DNA from: a virus
Taxonomy: Duplodnaviria; Caudoviricetes
DNA: 58,170 nt
IMG/VR virus record: IMGVR_UViG_3300028592_000013
Location: 1 to 58,170 of that record
Strand: one strand, 5' to 3'
The notes beneath the pieces were generated by a model that did not search any database, was not told the DNA's origin, and saw only the letters and a program-made list of their open reading frames with translations. Below are positions 25,940 to 35,972 of this stretch, one piece after another (the stretch's first letter is position 1; each line of letters begins with the position of its first letter). The position numbers and the translations under genes were made by a program.

Positions 25940-28270
25940 ATGGCTGACAGAAGTATCAGAATCCGCGTGGGCGCCACGGTCGACCAGGGAGAGGTCAACC
26001 GCGCCTTTTCTACAGCGGAGAAGCGCGCCCAAAAAGCGCACCAGACCATGCAGCGGGAGCAGCGAAAGGCTGCCGCTGCGGCGGAGAAAGACGCTCAGCG
26101 CAAGGTCCGCGCCGAAGAGAAGGCTGCTCGGCAGATCCAGGCCGCAGCCGCCCGCGTGGCCCGCGCTCAACTCCGGGAGCAGCAGAAGCTCGTGGCCGCC
26201 TCGGAGGCTCTCCAGCGCCAGCGTTCGGCCGGGCTCATGGCAATGTACCGCGCCGAGGAGCGCGCTGCGGCCCGCAAGGAAGCGGCGATCCGGCGCGAGC
26301 TCGAGAAGACCGCAAGGGCGGCAAAGCGAGCTGAGGAGCGGGAGCGCAAGCGCCAAGAAGGCATTCAGACGAAGCGCGGCGAGTCCTTCGCCCGGCGCAC
26401 ATCGCACCGCGCGACCCGGTTCCTCATGCCCGACGCGCCAATCGGATCGATGGCAATGCGCGGGCTCGGGGAAGCCGTCCGCGGCGCGGGCGTCGACCTT
26501 TCGATCGGCGGCGGCGTTCAGCGTTCGGTCGAGCTCCAGTCGGCGGCGACTCAGCTCGCCAACCAAGAGCGAATCGCCACGGGCAAGACTCGCGGCGCCG
26601 GGCACTACGCCCAGCTCGGCCGTCGAGTAGGCGATCAGACTTTCTCCGACCCCGGTGGCGCAGTCGAACTCGCCGCGCGCTTCGCGGCCACGACCGGCAC
26701 CTACGACAACCTCGAAGAAATCACGCCGCAGCTCGCCTCACTCGCGCGGGCATCGGGAGCGAAGTTCGATGAGGTCGGGCGAGCTGCCGGCATGGTCTTC
26801 CAGCAGATGCGCGACCAGCCCGACGCGATCCAAAAGACGATCGACGTGATGCGCACCATCATCGGTCAGTCGGCGGAAGGCGCCGTCGACATGCCCGACT
26901 ATGCCTCGCAGCTAGGCCGCGTGGCTGCTGGCGCCTTTAAGTTCGACGGCGATCGATCTCGGAACGTTGCGGCACTGTCGGCGCTCACACAGATCGCGAT
27001 GGAGCGCGGCGCAACGAGTGCTGCTGACGCTGCACGATCCACGAGTTCGTTCGTGTCTACCCTCGGTAAGAGAGCACGACTCGATCAGTTCGAAGCCGCC
27101 GGAGTTCGCGTCTATACATCCGACACCATCAGCGATGGGACCGCCGTTGGCGCAGACGGAAAGCGCATTGCCAAGGGCCAGGTAGCACCCGGCAAACTGC
27201 GCACTCAGCTTCGGCCACTCGAAGACATCATCAAAGACAGCTTTCGCGCGACCAACGGCGACATCCCCATGCTCGGCCGCATGTACATGGACGTCCTGGG
27301 CAGGAAGGGCGTCGAGTCGCTGGGTTCCGCGTACCAAGCGGCAGGCGGCGGCGAGGCCGGCATCGACGCGATCCAGGCGATCTTCGACCGCTACATGCGC
27401 GCGACGATCAGCAAGGACGTCGAGAAGCAGAACCTAAAAGACGTCTCAGACACGGTCGAGGCGCGGGCCCAGAAGTTCCAAAACGAGCTCGACAAGGTCA
27501 CCGACAACATCATGTCGCGCTTCCTGCCGGCCATCGAGAAGGCAGGGCCGGCGATGCTTCGGTTTGCCGAGGTGATCGGTCGCATTGCGACCTGGGCCGT
27601 CGAGAACCCGAAGAGCGCGATCGCTGGCGCAATCAGCCTCTCGATCGCGCGCGCGGGCCTTGAGTCCACGCTCCGGGCCGGCATTGAACGGCTGCTGCTC
27701 GGCGCCAACAACGAACAGGCTGGCAAGCTCGGCAAGACGGTCGGCGCGATCGGTGCAGTCGGTACGGTGGCCGCGCTTGGCATCACGACGCTTCAGGTGA
27801 TGTCGATCTACGCCGACGCTCTCTACACGCAGCGCGAGGAAGAGTTCAACAAGAGCCTCGACGCGAGCGCTGCAGCCGAGAAGGCCGCCAAGGCCGCGGC
27901 AAAGGCTGGCGGCGAAGGCGATCTTGAAGCCGAGAGGCGCGCGCTCCAGCTCGAGATTCAGCAACGCGGCAAGGCCATCACCGCCCGCGCGAACCAGATC
28001 TCGCCGATGCTGGACCCGAACGCCGGGCTCCTCGAGAAGCTCGCCGATCTGGTCGGCACCGGCGGCGCCGTCATGATGGGCGGCTGGGATGACATGGACG
28101 CCGCGAACAGGGGCGACGCGATGGCCATCGCCGAGGAGCGCAAGGCCCTGGCTGCCGCGGTCGTTCGCATGGCTGAGGTTCAGGCCGAACTGGCCTCGGC
28201 GATGACGGACGGCATCACCGTCAAGAACATGCCCGGCGGCAATCTCCCCGGCCGCGACTCACAGCAGTGA
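25940..28270 (+). CDS. tape measure protein
   Basis: 776 aa Ala-rich helical protein; N-terminal coiled coil; GAVDMPDYASQLGRV and TWAVENPK motifs; synteny. Confidence 0.9.
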   Translation: MADRSIRIRVGATVDQGEVNRAFSTAEKRAQKAHQTMQREQRKAAAAAEKDAQRKVRAEEKAARQIQAAAARVARAQLREQQKLVAASEALQRQRSAGLMAMYRAEERAAARKEAAIRRELEKTARAAKRAEERERKRQEGIQTKRGESFARRTSHRATRFLMPDAPIGSMAMRGLGEAVRGAGVDLSIGGGVQRSVELQSAATQLANQERIATGKTRGAGHYAQLGRRVGDQTFSDPGGAVELAARFAATTGTYDNLEEITPQLASLARASGAKFDEVGRAAGMVFQQMRDQPDAIQKTIDVMRTIIGQSAEGAVDMPDYASQLGRVAAGAFKFDGDRSRNVAALSALTQIAMERGATSAADAARSTSSFVSTLGKRARLDQFEAAGVRVYTSDTISDGTAVGADGKRIAKGQVAPGKLRTQLRPLEDIIKDSFRATNGDIPMLGRMYMDVLGRKGVESLGSAYQAAGGGEAGIDAIQAIFDRYMRATISKDVEKQNLKDVSDTVEARAQKFQNELDKVTDNIMSRFLPAIEKAGPAMLRFAEVIGRIATWAVENPKSAIAGAISLSIARAGLESTLRAGIERLLLGANNEQAGKLGKTVGAIGAVGTVAALGITTLQVMSIYADALYTQREEEFNKSLDASAAAEKAAKAAAKAGGEGDLEAERRALQLEIQQRGKAITARANQISPMLDPNAGLLEKLADLVGTGGAVMMGGWDDMDAANRGDAMAIAEERKALAAAVVRMAEVQAELASAMTDGITVKNMPGGNLPGRDSQQ

Positions 28271-28274
28271 ACCC

Positions 28275-29177
28275 GTGCCCGTCTTCGACAGCCTCCAACG
28301 AGCGAGCTTTTCCGGCATCGCGTTCCCGGTGCGCTCTGTCTCCGTGACGGGCCAGTACCGGCACCACACGCACGAGTACCTGCGCGTCCCTGGTGGCGTG
28401 AACGAGAAGCTCGAGCGCGGCCTGTACAAGATCGAAATGGACGCGCCGTTTCACGCGACGATCAAGGGCTACGGCGACCTCTGGCCGACGGCGCTGGCGA
28501 ACATGCGGGCGCTGTACGAGGCCGGGGTTACTGCGGCCCTGACCATCCCGACGATCGGCACCATCCAGGCCTTTCAGACCGACTGGAACCAGATGGCGGA
28601 CATGGGCAAGGTCCGGTCCGGAGAGACCGCCAAGCTCGTCTTCCTCGAAGATCAGACGCAAGTCCACCTCACGGCGGCACTCAGCAAGGTCGCCCAGAAC
28701 TCGCTGCAGAGCGCCAACGACAACTTCACGGCCACGCGCGCCGACTTCGATGTGCCGGCTCCGGACGCGAGCATCTTCGATGAGATTCAAGAGCTCGGCA
28801 ATGCGGTGCTCGGGTTCCAGGATCAGACGCAGCTAGCTGGTGGCCTGCTGTCGGCGAAGATCGCGCAGATACTGAACCTGCTGAACCAAGCAGATCGGCA
28901 GGCGGAGTCGCTCCAGGATCCTTCCAACTACGTGCTGCTGGACTCGCTACACGAGCTCTGGGACGCGGCGCTGACGATCGGCAAGAACCTTTCCGAGAAG
29001 CCTCGCGGAGCTCGACGCTACACGACGCCGCGCACGATGACCGTTAGTGAGATCGCTGTGGCGACACAGAAGCTCGGCGGCGACGACGACGCGGCGACCA
29101 TCCTGCTCAACAACCCGGTCGAGGACGCCTTCGCTGTCCCTGCCGGGTTCCCGATCATCTACTTTCTGGCGGCGTGA
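28275..29177 (+). CDS. Mu gpN-like DNA circularisation/tail protein with LysM-like C-terminus
   Basis: LQRASFSGIAFPV...HTHEY...EKLER...LTIPTIG N-terminus; C-terminal ILLNNPVEDAFAVPAG. Confidence 0.85.
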   Translation: MPVFDSLQRASFSGIAFPVRSVSVTGQYRHHTHEYLRVPGGVNEKLERGLYKIEMDAPFHATIKGYGDLWPTALANMRALYEAGVTAALTIPTIGTIQAFQTDWNQMADMGKVRSGETAKLVFLEDQTQVHLTAALSKVAQNSLQSANDNFTATRADFDVPAPDASIFDEIQELGNAVLGFQDQTQLAGGLLSAKIAQILNLLNQADRQAESLQDPSNYVLLDSLHELWDAALTIGKNLSEKPRGARRYTTPRTMTVSEIAVATQKLGGDDDAATILLNNPVEDAFAVPAGFPIIYFLAA

Positions 29178-29180
29178 TCG

Positions 29181-30713
29181 GTGGCAGACCAAAGCGTCAA
29201 CGCCGAGACCTTCCGCCTGGTCTTGAGCGGGGTGGAGTGCCCAATCGCCTCCAGCTACACGGTGCATTCCGGCATCCTCGAGGTGCCAACCGCGTTCGAG
29301 ATGACCATCGGACACGCGGGCATGATCGCCGAGCTTGCCGATGCATTTCCGGCGTTCACGCCGTTCGAGCTGTTGGTCGGTGACACGGTTGTCGCGGTTG
29401 GCGAAACCGACGGTTACTCGCCGACTGGCACCAACGGCTCGGAGCTCACGATCCGCGGCCGCGACATGCTCAAGTGGCTTGTCGACACGACGCTGCCCGA
29501 CGACCGCTCGTTCTCCGAGAAGACCTATCTCGACCTGACGAACCTGGCGCTGGATGAGGTCGGTCTCGCCGACTACCTCGTGGTCAGCGACAACACCGCA
29601 AACCTCAAGGCGATCACCGGGGCGAGCAAACAGGTCAAGCAGCTCACCAAGACGAAGACCGAGCAGACGCAGACGGCAACCGGACGCCAGGTCACCGACG
29701 AGACGCAAATCTCGCCGGCCACCAAAACGATCCACAACGTCATCGAGGGCAAGCTTGGCTCGTCGTGGTTCGATCTGCTGAAAGAGCAGTACAAGCGCGC
29801 CGGGCTCTTCCTCTGGTCGACCATCGACAGAGCCTTCGTGCTGGCGCGGCCCGATGGACAGAAGGCGCCAATGGCCAGGATCCTGCGCCGACGCGGGACG
29901 AACGAGCCGGGGGACGTGACCGTGCTCGGTCAGCCGACGTTCACCTGGGATGCGACTCAGCGCTACACCGCCTGCCGCGTGGCTGGTCGCACCGGCACCG
30001 GCAAGGACGGCCGCGGATGGGTTCACGGGGTCGCCTACGACGCAGAGATGATCGCGCTCCTGAACGGCGCGGAGATGACGCCCGCAGCCTACCAGGCGGC
30101 GCTCGACGCTTGGTCCAAGGCAAAGCGCGAAGGTGGCGCGCTGCCGCCGAAGCCTCGGATGAAAGAGCAGTCCTTCGAGGTCGAGAAGATCCAGACCAAG
30201 GAGCAGGCCGGCTTCATCGCGCGACGCCGCATGGCCGAGAGTCGACGCAACGGCTGGTCGCTTTCGTACAAAGTCGCCGGGCACACCGCACCGGCGCTGC
30301 TCGGTGGCGGGCGCTGCGTTTGGGCGCCCGACATGGTGGTTCACGTCGTTGACGACGAGTTCGGGATCGACGGTCCGATGTACCTCGAGAGCTGCGTCTA
30401 CGAACGCAAACCGCAGACCACGACGACGCTTAACCTGATGCGCGTTGAGGATCTGATCTTCGCCGAAGAGGACGTCGACAACCCGCCGAAGCTCGTCAAG
30501 AAGAAGGGCATCGCGAACGTTCGCGTCGGCAAGACAGAGGTCTATCGTGTGCAGGCGCAGTGGAGGCGAGATCCGAATTGGGGGAATCTGCCCGTGCGGG
30601 TGCGTGACGACTTCGTGGGAGTGAGATCTGGCGCAATTGGGCCGCCCACGGCAGACGGCAGCGTCGGCGAAGAGCAGTTCATCGAAGACATTGGCGCAAG
30701 GCGGCTCCGCTAA
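29181..30713 (+). CDS. baseplate hub protein (Mu gpP/gp44-like)
   Basis: LTIRGRDMLKWLVD, YKVAGH...WAPDMVVHVVDDEFGIDGPMYL...TTTLNL. Confidence 0.85.
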   Translation: MADQSVNAETFRLVLSGVECPIASSYTVHSGILEVPTAFEMTIGHAGMIAELADAFPAFTPFELLVGDTVVAVGETDGYSPTGTNGSELTIRGRDMLKWLVDTTLPDDRSFSEKTYLDLTNLALDEVGLADYLVVSDNTANLKAITGASKQVKQLTKTKTEQTQTATGRQVTDETQISPATKTIHNVIEGKLGSSWFDLLKEQYKRAGLFLWSTIDRAFVLARPDGQKAPMARILRRRGTNEPGDVTVLGQPTFTWDATQRYTACRVAGRTGTGKDGRGWVHGVAYDAEMIALLNGAEMTPAAYQAALDAWSKAKREGGALPPKPRMKEQSFEVEKIQTKEQAGFIARRRMAESRRNGWSLSYKVAGHTAPALLGGGRCVWAPDMVVHVVDDEFGIDGPMYLESCVYERKPQTTTTLNLMRVEDLIFAEEDVDNPPKLVKKKGIANVRVGKTEVYRVQAQWRRDPNWGNLPVRVRDDFVGVRSGAIGPPTADGSVGEEQFIEDIGARRLR

Positions 30714-31570
30714 TGGCCTTCGTCGGCATGAGATTCGAGCTCGGGTCGTGCGTGATGACCGAGTTCGATGAGGACGGGTTCCTCAAGGCTCAGCCTGAGG
30801 GGCTTGGGCTCGATGCGCGCGTGGCCTCCAGCTACGCACATCACCCCTACGGCTTCATCTCGCGTCCGCTGGACCCCGGTGTCGACGCAGACGGCAAGGC
30901 CATCCAAGGCCAGGGCTGCACGATCCTGATCGGCAAGATCGGGGACGAACGCCACATCTGGTTCTGCGGCGACCCGCGACCCATCGAGCTCCTGCCGGTC
31001 ATCGGCAAGGGCGAGTCGATGATGTACGGCCCGGCCGCGAACTTCGCGCGGTGCAAGGCTGACGGGACGGTGACTATGTTCACCACCACCGACGGCACCT
31101 ACGACGGTCAAAGCGTTTACTGCGAAGTAGCGCCGGACGGTGTCACAGCGCTAACGCCATGGGGAAAGCTTCAGCTCGGAGCGAATGGCTTCCACGTCCT
31201 GCACGCCAGCGGGGCTCGCATGGACCTGGGGGCGATTGCCGGCCTGCCGGCACCACTAGATTCGCTGGGCAGCTACGTGAAGCTCGCCGCCGACATCGTG
31301 CAGATCGAGGCGGCCGCTCTTTCGCTCGGTTCAGCGTCTGGGTTGCCTGACCCTCTCGCAAAGGCCACGGCTACCCTTGCCGGCTTCTCGGCAATCGCCA
31401 CAGCGTTCACGGCGGAGGCGTCTGCGTTCACGGCGCTAGCTGGCTCTCCCGCGTTGTCGGCGCCGATCCAGACCGCATGCGGCGCTGCGGCAACCGCGCT
31501 CGGCGCTGCCGTGAGTGCGCTCGGCGCGCTTACGACAACTCTCCCCGCTAGCAGCACGGCGGCATCCTGA
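30713..31570 (+). CDS. baseplate spike protein (Mu gp45-like)
   Basis: HPYGFISRP...DPR...GESMMYG motif; unusual Ala-rich C-terminus. Confidence 0.8.
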   Translation: MAFVGMRFELGSCVMTEFDEDGFLKAQPEGLGLDARVASSYAHHPYGFISRPLDPGVDADGKAIQGQGCTILIGKIGDERHIWFCGDPRPIELLPVIGKGESMMYGPAANFARCKADGTVTMFTTTDGTYDGQSVYCEVAPDGVTALTPWGKLQLGANGFHVLHASGARMDLGAIAGLPAPLDSLGSYVKLAADIVQIEAAALSLGSASGLPDPLAKATATLAGFSAIATAFTAEASAFTALAGSPALSAPIQTACGAAATALGAAVSALGALTTTLPASSTAAS

Positions 31571-31824
31571 TGGCCTGCACACCAATCCCCGAAGTCCCGC
31601 TCCCAGAGCTGCCAGCGGGCATCAGCCTGACTCCACCGGCGCCTGGCGGGATCTCATTCGACGCTAGTTTGTGTTGCAAGCTACTCCCCTTCCCGATCGC
31701 AACGCCGCCGATCTCGTTTCCACCTGGAACCATCAACTCAGCCACAATCGTTGCGCTGAACGCCGCGCTGCAGTCGGTTCAGACCTACCTGGACGCTCTA
31801 GGGTTCCGCTGCCCTCGAGAGTAG
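31570..31824 (+). CDS. small Pro/Cys-rich baseplate-region protein
   Basis: Coupled to the spike gene; 84 aa with 4 Cys. Confidence 0.6.
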   Translation: MACTPIPEVPLPELPAGISLTPPAPGGISFDASLCCKLLPFPIATPPISFPPGTINSATIVALNAALQSVQTYLDALGFRCPRE

Positions 31825-31827
31825 ACC

Positions 31828-32274
31828 ATGGGACTCGGAACCAGCCCTTGCGGCTTCGGCGCCTGCGGGTTCGATCTGCAGCAGCCGAGCGGTCGCGTGA
31901 ACCGGCGCATTCCTGACGCGCTCGACTTCGACGGCGGCACCAAGAACTTCAAGCTCGACGATGACGGCCTGTACGTCGGCGCGCATCCAGTCGACGCCAA
32001 GACATTCCTCATCTGCCGCACGACCGCGGGCAGCATTCGTTCAGCTCCTGGGCTTGGTCAGACCGTCGGGCAGATCCCGTACATCGACCAGCGCACTGTC
32101 CAGGCCACGGTCTCCGATCGCTTCCGCTCAGCGCTGTCGACGGTGGTCGCCGCGGGTGAGATCCGAATCGAACGCATCGACGTCGACACGGCCGTTCGCG
32201 GACGGATCATGACCACGATCCACTACGTCAACCTCGTCACTGGCAAGCGGCAGAGCCCGCAATTCACTTCCTGA
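31828..32274 (+). CDS. baseplate wedge/sheath initiator (gp25/Mu gp46-like)
   Basis: GSIRSAPGLG...ALSTVVAAGEIRIERIDV...IHYVNL; precedes baseplate J. Confidence 0.7.
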   Translation: MGLGTSPCGFGACGFDLQQPSGRVNRRIPDALDFDGGTKNFKLDDDGLYVGAHPVDAKTFLICRTTAGSIRSAPGLGQTVGQIPYIDQRTVQATVSDRFRSALSTVVAAGEIRIERIDVDTAVRGRIMTTIHYVNLVTGKRQSPQFTS

Positions 32275-33788
32275 TGCCTCCCGTCGAACAGCTTCCAGGC
32301 GAGATCGTGACGCCCACTCGCGACGAGGTGATCGCTCGACACAAGCGGTCGTTTCGGTTGCGCGTTCCTGGCGCAGACACTGGCGAGGGCACGCAGCCGC
32401 ACGTAGATGCGACGGTAGCCGCCGACACCGTGATGCCGCTACATGCCGCGTCCGTGATCGTGGGTCGCAACACGGTCATGGAGGAGGCCACCGGCGAGGC
32501 CGTCGACCAGTGGCTCGAGCGCGAAGGCGTTCCTCCGCGGCGCGATGCCGTAGGCGGCTCCGGCTACGTCCAAATCAGCACTTCCGCGGGCGGCACGGCG
32601 ATTCAGGCCGGCGACGAACTCGTTCATGAAGAAACGGCGTTCACCTTTCGGGCGCTTGAGACGCGCGCTTACACCAACGGCCAATCGGTCTCGATCATCG
32701 CCATCGACACCGGGCCGAACACGAATCTGAAGCCCGGCACGCAGCTCCGATGGTCGAGCCCGCGCCCAGGTTGCGGTTCGATTGCAACAGTCGTTGAACA
32801 GGCCAGCGGCTCCGGTCTCACGGGTGGCCGCGAGCGCGAGACCGACGATGAGGCCAAGGCTCGGTTGAGGCAGGCCAAGCAGAATCGCGCGGCAAGCGGC
32901 AACGACGCCGAGTATCAGGAGCTCACCGAGGGCACGCCACAGGTGGCGGTCCAGAAGGCGTTCACCTACCCGGGCATCCTGTTCCCTGGCACCACGTGCG
33001 TGGCCTTCACCATGTTGCCTGCGGTATCGGGTGGCAGCAGGATCCCGAACCCGGCGCAGGTCGCGCTCGCCGAAAGCTACGTCGTCGGTGAGATGCCCGC
33101 AGACGACGGCGCGTTCTTCGCGTTACTCGACGAGGAGGACGCCGACATTGCGTACGGTGTCACCTGGGCGCAGGGAGCTGTGGGCTGGAAAGACGTTGCG
33201 CCGTGGCCGCCGTACTACGCCGAGGACGGCACACCCGGCGGCGTGTTCGTGTCCGCAGCAACGAGCCCAACAAGCTTCACGCTCGCCGCCGACGACTACA
33301 CGGGGATCCAGCAGCCGGTCGCCGGGCAGACGATCGGCCTGTTCAATGCCGACGATCTCGAGTTCGTTCAGAAGCGCATCCTGAGCTTCACGGGCACCGG
33401 GCCCTGGGTGATCACCGTCGACACGACCAACAACGTCAGCGACGAGGAGTACACGCCCGAGGTCGGCCAGCGTGCCATGCCTTGGAGTGATTCGCTCGAA
33501 CTGCTCTTGCCAGGCATCTGCGCGTACTTCGATGCGCTTGGGCCAGGTGAGCAAGTCGCGACTTTCTACGACGAGGGCAACCGACAGCGCCGGCAACCGC
33601 GCCCTGCCCCGCGCACGTGGCCATCGACGCTCACCAACAAGGGGCTGCTCGACGCGATCGAGATCGATGCCGTCGAGGACGCTGAAGTTTTGGAAGGCGA
33701 CGGCCTGGCTCCGAGCGTGGGCACGCCCGGTGTGCTCGCCAACATCCTGCGCCTTAGGTGGATTGCCATCTTCCCGGAGACTGTCTGA
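32274..33788 (+). CDS. baseplate J-like protein (Mu gp47)
   Basis: ATGEAVDQW...GV..RRDA, GPNTNL, GLTGGRERETDDEAKARL...SGNDAEY. Confidence 0.9.
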   Translation: MPPVEQLPGEIVTPTRDEVIARHKRSFRLRVPGADTGEGTQPHVDATVAADTVMPLHAASVIVGRNTVMEEATGEAVDQWLEREGVPPRRDAVGGSGYVQISTSAGGTAIQAGDELVHEETAFTFRALETRAYTNGQSVSIIAIDTGPNTNLKPGTQLRWSSPRPGCGSIATVVEQASGSGLTGGRERETDDEAKARLRQAKQNRAASGNDAEYQELTEGTPQVAVQKAFTYPGILFPGTTCVAFTMLPAVSGGSRIPNPAQVALAESYVVGEMPADDGAFFALLDEEDADIAYGVTWAQGAVGWKDVAPWPPYYAEDGTPGGVFVSAATSPTSFTLAADDYTGIQQPVAGQTIGLFNADDLEFVQKRILSFTGTGPWVITVDTTNNVSDEEYTPEVGQRAMPWSDSLELLLPGICAYFDALGPGEQVATFYDEGNRQRRQPRPAPRTWPSTLTNKGLLDAIEIDAVEDAEVLEGDGLAPSVGTPGVLANILRLRWIAIFPETV

Positions 33789-34288
33789 TGACTGCCCCCG
33801 ATTTTCTCACCTGGACCGGCGACGAGGACAACGCGCCGCGCCGCCCGTCGACCGATGACCTCGGTGGCGACCAGAAACAGAACCACGCCCGGTATCTGCC
33901 GAACCCGACTACGCAGCCAACCGCCGAGGGCTGGAATCAACAGGTCAAGCAGATCGCTGCGCATTCCCAGGTGGTCGACGCGGCGCGGATCGACGTCGAC
34001 TTCACGGCTGGCGTTCCGGCTGTCGTCGCCGTCGCTTCGCCGAGCCCTAGCATCACGACCGACTCGTTCGAACTCACCGACGAGGGTACCGGCATCGTGC
34101 TCATCGAGTGGGAGCCCGACCTCATGCCGCCGGCACAGATCGCCCCGCGTGGCCCGTTCATCCGCTCGGCGCTCACCACTCGCTGCGAGGGCCACATCGA
34201 GCCGGTGACGAACGGCGTGCGCGTTCGCCTGTTCTCAAACGGCACGGTCGCGGACCTGAACTTCAGCATCGACATCCACGGCTCCTGA
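33788..34288 (+). CDS. hypothetical baseplate/fibre-associated protein
   Basis: TGATG-coupled to baseplate J; beta-rich. Confidence 0.65.
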   Translation: MTAPDFLTWTGDEDNAPRRPSTDDLGGDQKQNHARYLPNPTTQPTAEGWNQQVKQIAAHSQVVDAARIDVDFTAGVPAVVAVASPSPSITTDSFELTDEGTGIVLIEWEPDLMPPAQIAPRGPFIRSALTTRCEGHIEPVTNGVRVRLFSNGTVADLNFSIDIHGS

Positions 34289-34291
34289 TCC

Positions 34292-35971
34292 ATGGCTGAG
34301 TTCAGCGCATTCACCGATTTCGGTCACCTGGAGTTCAGCTCCAGGCCGCCGCACGGAGAGCTCATCTACGAGCAGATGGTCTCCGACCTCGGCTCGGGCC
34401 AGAACTACGACGACGACTTCGACGGCCCGGCCATGGGGCGCCTCTACGCCGACGCGATGGTGTTCGCCGACGCGAAGTACGCGCTCGAGCGTGCCGGATC
34501 TCAGTTCAACCCGCTGAAGGCGGTCGAACTCCTGCCCGCGCTTGAGAGCGAGTACGGGCTCGCCCCCGACGCTCAGGCGACCATTGCCGAGCGCCAGCGT
34601 GATCTTGCCGCCGCGATGCGCCTTGCCGGCGGCGCAAGTCGCGTGAACGTCGAAACCGTGCTCGAGATGGTGCTCGGCGACGACTTCGTCGAGTACGAAA
34701 CCGTGAGCGTCGCCGATACGGTGGCTACGAGCGCGGACCCCGGTGCGGACGGCATCTACGTCAAGCCGGGCACGCCACGCAGTGTCTTCAGGTTGCTTGA
34801 CTCCGTGTTGTTCACCGGAACACCCGTGACGGTCGCCTACGAGACGGTCATCGGAGAGACGGACGCGCTTGCGACCGGCGACCGGTTCGCCCTCGATGCC
34901 GGAGACTACGACCGCCATGAGGTGGTGACCGTGACGTCCGTGGGTGAGGACGAGGACGGTCGCACGACCATCACCGCCACGTTCGAGCGCCCGCACACGC
35001 AAGGCGTGCTGATGGCCACCGGGCGACACCCGTACTTGGGCAGCACGAAGCGCCACAACGTGGTCAAGCTCACCGAAAGCGGCATGGCCACCGCGAGAAC
35101 GCAGGCTCGAGCCAACAGAGCGCTCGGTCAGCTGCTCCGCGGCGTCAGCACGTGGGCGCTCACCGACAGCGACGACGCTTTCACGGTCGGCGAAGGTCTG
35201 CTCGGTGTGACGCTCATCGGCGAGGACGATCTCTCCGGCGATCCGATTCCGACCGGCATGGTCCTCCATTGGGACATGCAGGATCCGGACAGCTACGAGG
35301 TCACGGCTGGCACGCCGGACCGGGTTACGGAGATCACTAACCTCGCCTCAAGCGCGACGGCTACTGCCGTCAGCAACGGCCCCGAGTTCGAGTCGCTCGG
35401 TTGGGGCGGCGGCTTGCACTGCATGAAGCTCAACGGGAGCGACATGCGGATCATTGACACCGAGGCCGCGGTGCTCGCGCTGCTCGACGGCACCGAGCCC
35501 GCATACACCGTCTACATGGTGGTGGAGCCGCTCGCGCCCGACGCAGCGGCGGCATTCTTCGGCGTCGGTCACTCCGCCAAGGGCGTGAACCAGAGCAGCA
35601 TGCTGCTCGGCACGACCAACACCGGCAACGGCAGGCTGCGCATTGAGCGCTTCAACGACTCCTCCGCTGGCATCGCGCAGGAGTCTTCTTCGGACGTTGC
35701 AGCCGCGCGCCAGGTGATCGCCTGGGTTGTCCCTGGCACGACCGCCTCGGCCTACGTCAACGACGGCGGCTCCGACCCGACCAACGCGAGCCTCGACCCT
35801 GGCGACAACAGCATGGTCCCGGACAGGTTTGCTCTCGGGTGTCGACCGAGTTCTTCGCCCGGAGCCTTCGGAAACTTCCGCTTCGCCGAGCTGCGCATCT
35901 ACTCGGCGGCGCACAACGACGAGCAGCAGCAATCCATGAGCGAGTACCTCATGAGCAAGTGGGCGGTCTAA
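34292..35971 (+). CDS. Mu gp48/YmfQ (DUF2313)-like wedge protein fused to LamG/ConA-like domain
   Basis: PLKAVELLPALESEYGL...TIAERQ...GGAS; C-terminal LHWDMQD...YTVYMVV...FAELRIYSAAH...EYLMSKWA. Confidence 0.7.
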   Translation: MAEFSAFTDFGHLEFSSRPPHGELIYEQMVSDLGSGQNYDDDFDGPAMGRLYADAMVFADAKYALERAGSQFNPLKAVELLPALESEYGLAPDAQATIAERQRDLAAAMRLAGGASRVNVETVLEMVLGDDFVEYETVSVADTVATSADPGADGIYVKPGTPRSVFRLLDSVLFTGTPVTVAYETVIGETDALATGDRFALDAGDYDRHEVVTVTSVGEDEDGRTTITATFERPHTQGVLMATGRHPYLGSTKRHNVVKLTESGMATARTQARANRALGQLLRGVSTWALTDSDDAFTVGEGLLGVTLIGEDDLSGDPIPTGMVLHWDMQDPDSYEVTAGTPDRVTEITNLASSATATAVSNGPEFESLGWGGGLHCMKLNGSDMRIIDTEAAVLALLDGTEPAYTVYMVVEPLAPDAAAAFFGVGHSAKGVNQSSMLLGTTNTGNGRLRIERFNDSSAGIAQESSSDVAAARQVIAWVVPGTTASAYVNDGGSDPTNASLDPGDNSMVPDRFALGCRPSSSPGAFGNFRFAELRIYSAAHNDEQQQSMSEYLMSKWAV

Positions 35972-35972
35972 A

